In this document: in pieces, positions 37,297 to 38,055 of the stretch | Position numbering within the stretch: position 1 is the first letter of the stretch | Layout of the letters: each line of letters starts with the position of its first letter | Origin: Polyangiaceae bacterium | GTDB taxonomy: Bacteria > Myxococcota_A > Polyangia > Polyangiales > Polyangiaceae | Assembly: GCA_035063585.1 (NCBI GenBank) | Contig: JAPSGB010000042.1 | Span: 1-38,055, forward strand | Reading direction: 5' to 3' | DNA: 38,055 bases | Position numbers and translations under genes: made by a program | The notes under the pieces: generated by a model | What the model saw: the letters and a program-made list of their open reading frames with translations, nothing else | The model's database searches: none | What the model was told of the DNA's origin: nothing

Positions 37297-37427
37297 GGGC
37301 TGGCTCTACCGCGATAACCGTCTCCTCGCCAAGAACCCGCGCCGATCCCGAGCGGGCGCGCGTTGCGCCGGCGCTCGCGGCGGTGCTAGCCTCTGGAACT
37401 CGCAACGCTTTCACGGAGTTTCGCATC

Positions 37428-38055
37428 ATGGCTGGGGATTCGAAGCAGGGCGGCGGCCCCGGTGGTTCGTCGACGTCGGCGCGCCTCCCCGCGGGCGTCT
37501 CGCTAGACGACGCCGAGCAGGCCTCCAGTCGATATCGGCCCATTTGGGAGGCTGACGGCGACGACGACGCGCCGCACGCGTCCACCGCTGCCGCCAAGCC
37601 CCCGCTTCAGCACAAGCAGACCATCATCGGCATGGGCGCGGTCAAGCTGCCGGAACCGGACGCGAGCGAACCCGCGAAGCCCGACGCACGAGCGACGACC
37701 CAGGCGTCGCCGAGCAAGGACGAACCAAGACCTCGAACATCGACCGCGGCGGGACCGAGCGCGGGCGTGAAGGCGAAGCAGACGCTGGTCGGGATGTCAT
37801 CGCCGCTGGCGACGGCCGACACCGAGGAGTTCCCCCGAGCGGTGGCCCCGTCGACGAGCGAGACGCCGAAGGCCGCGCCGTCACCGGACCCGTCAGCCGG
37901 CGAGGCGAAGACCGGCGAGGCGAAGACCGGCGAGGCGAAGACCGACGACGCGAAGACCGACGACGCGAAGACCGACGACGCGAAGACCGACGACGCGAAG
38001 ACCGACGACGCGAAGACCGACGACGCGAAGACCGACGACGCGAAGACCGACGACG
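37428..38055 (+). CDS. Disordered low-complexity protein (3'-partial) ending in GEAKT/DDAKT repeats
   Basis: ATG 37428 preceded by GGAG; open frame to the window end (MAGDSKQGGG...RYRPIWE...KQTIIGMG...KQTLVGM...). It is absent from the ORF track because it has no stop. Confidence 0.75.
   Translation, partial: MAGDSKQGGGPGGSSTSARLPAGVSLDDAEQASSRYRPIWEADGDDDAPHASTAAAKPPLQHKQTIIGMGAVKLPEPDASEPAKPDARATTQASPSKDEPRPRTSTAAGPSAGVKAKQTLVGMSSPLATADTEEFPRAVAPSTSETPKAAPSPDPSAGEAKTGEAKTGEAKTDDAKTDDAKTDDAKTDDAKTDDAKTDDAKTDDAKTDD
37899..38055 (+). repeat. 15-bp coding tandem repeat: 3x GEAKT then at least 7x DDAKT, cut by the window edge
   Basis: ggcgaggcgaagacc x3 (37899-37943), then gacgacgcgaagacc x7 plus a partial copy. 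Confidence 0.95.

Noticed and set aside
37384..37409. Sigma-54 site TGGAACTCGCAACGCT upstream of the terminal ORF
   Set aside because: GG-N10-GC spacing is present but the -12 region is weak, and an adjacent extended -10 (TGcTAGCCT) explains the promoter equally well.

Overview
A very GC-rich stretch that looks like core chromosome from a myxobacterium, probably Polyangiaceae/Sorangiineae-like (inferred from the gene families and GC content, not from a database search). It holds about 30 CDS and one tRNA. Recognisable housekeeping genes are uvrA, dksA, gpsA with a PlsB-like acyltransferase, an AmiC-like amidase, a TolC-family protein, a PrkA-family ATPase, a prolyl oligopeptidase and tRNA-Ile2(CAU). 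Signalling and envelope genes include a REC-GGDEF cyclase, a CdaA-YbbR diadenylate cyclase fusion, a Hanks Ser/Thr kinase, a pseudo-receiver, a zinc-ribbon/GYF_2 GltJ(AgmX)-like membrane protein, a bactofilin and an L,D-transpeptidase. Both ends of the window fall inside coding tandem repeats (27 bp and 15 bp units). I found no CRISPR array, mobile element, prophage or recognisable defence system, and I cannot support a single complete new multi-gene system. The most notable signals are a Fic protein lacking its catalytic His, a fused CdaA-CdaR c-di-AMP synthase with an RHS motif, an uncalled 26-aa membrane microprotein coupled to both neighbours, recurrent Thr-centred linear motifs in disordered proteins, a probable leaderless-promoter pattern, and an amidase signal peptide with no canonical start codon.
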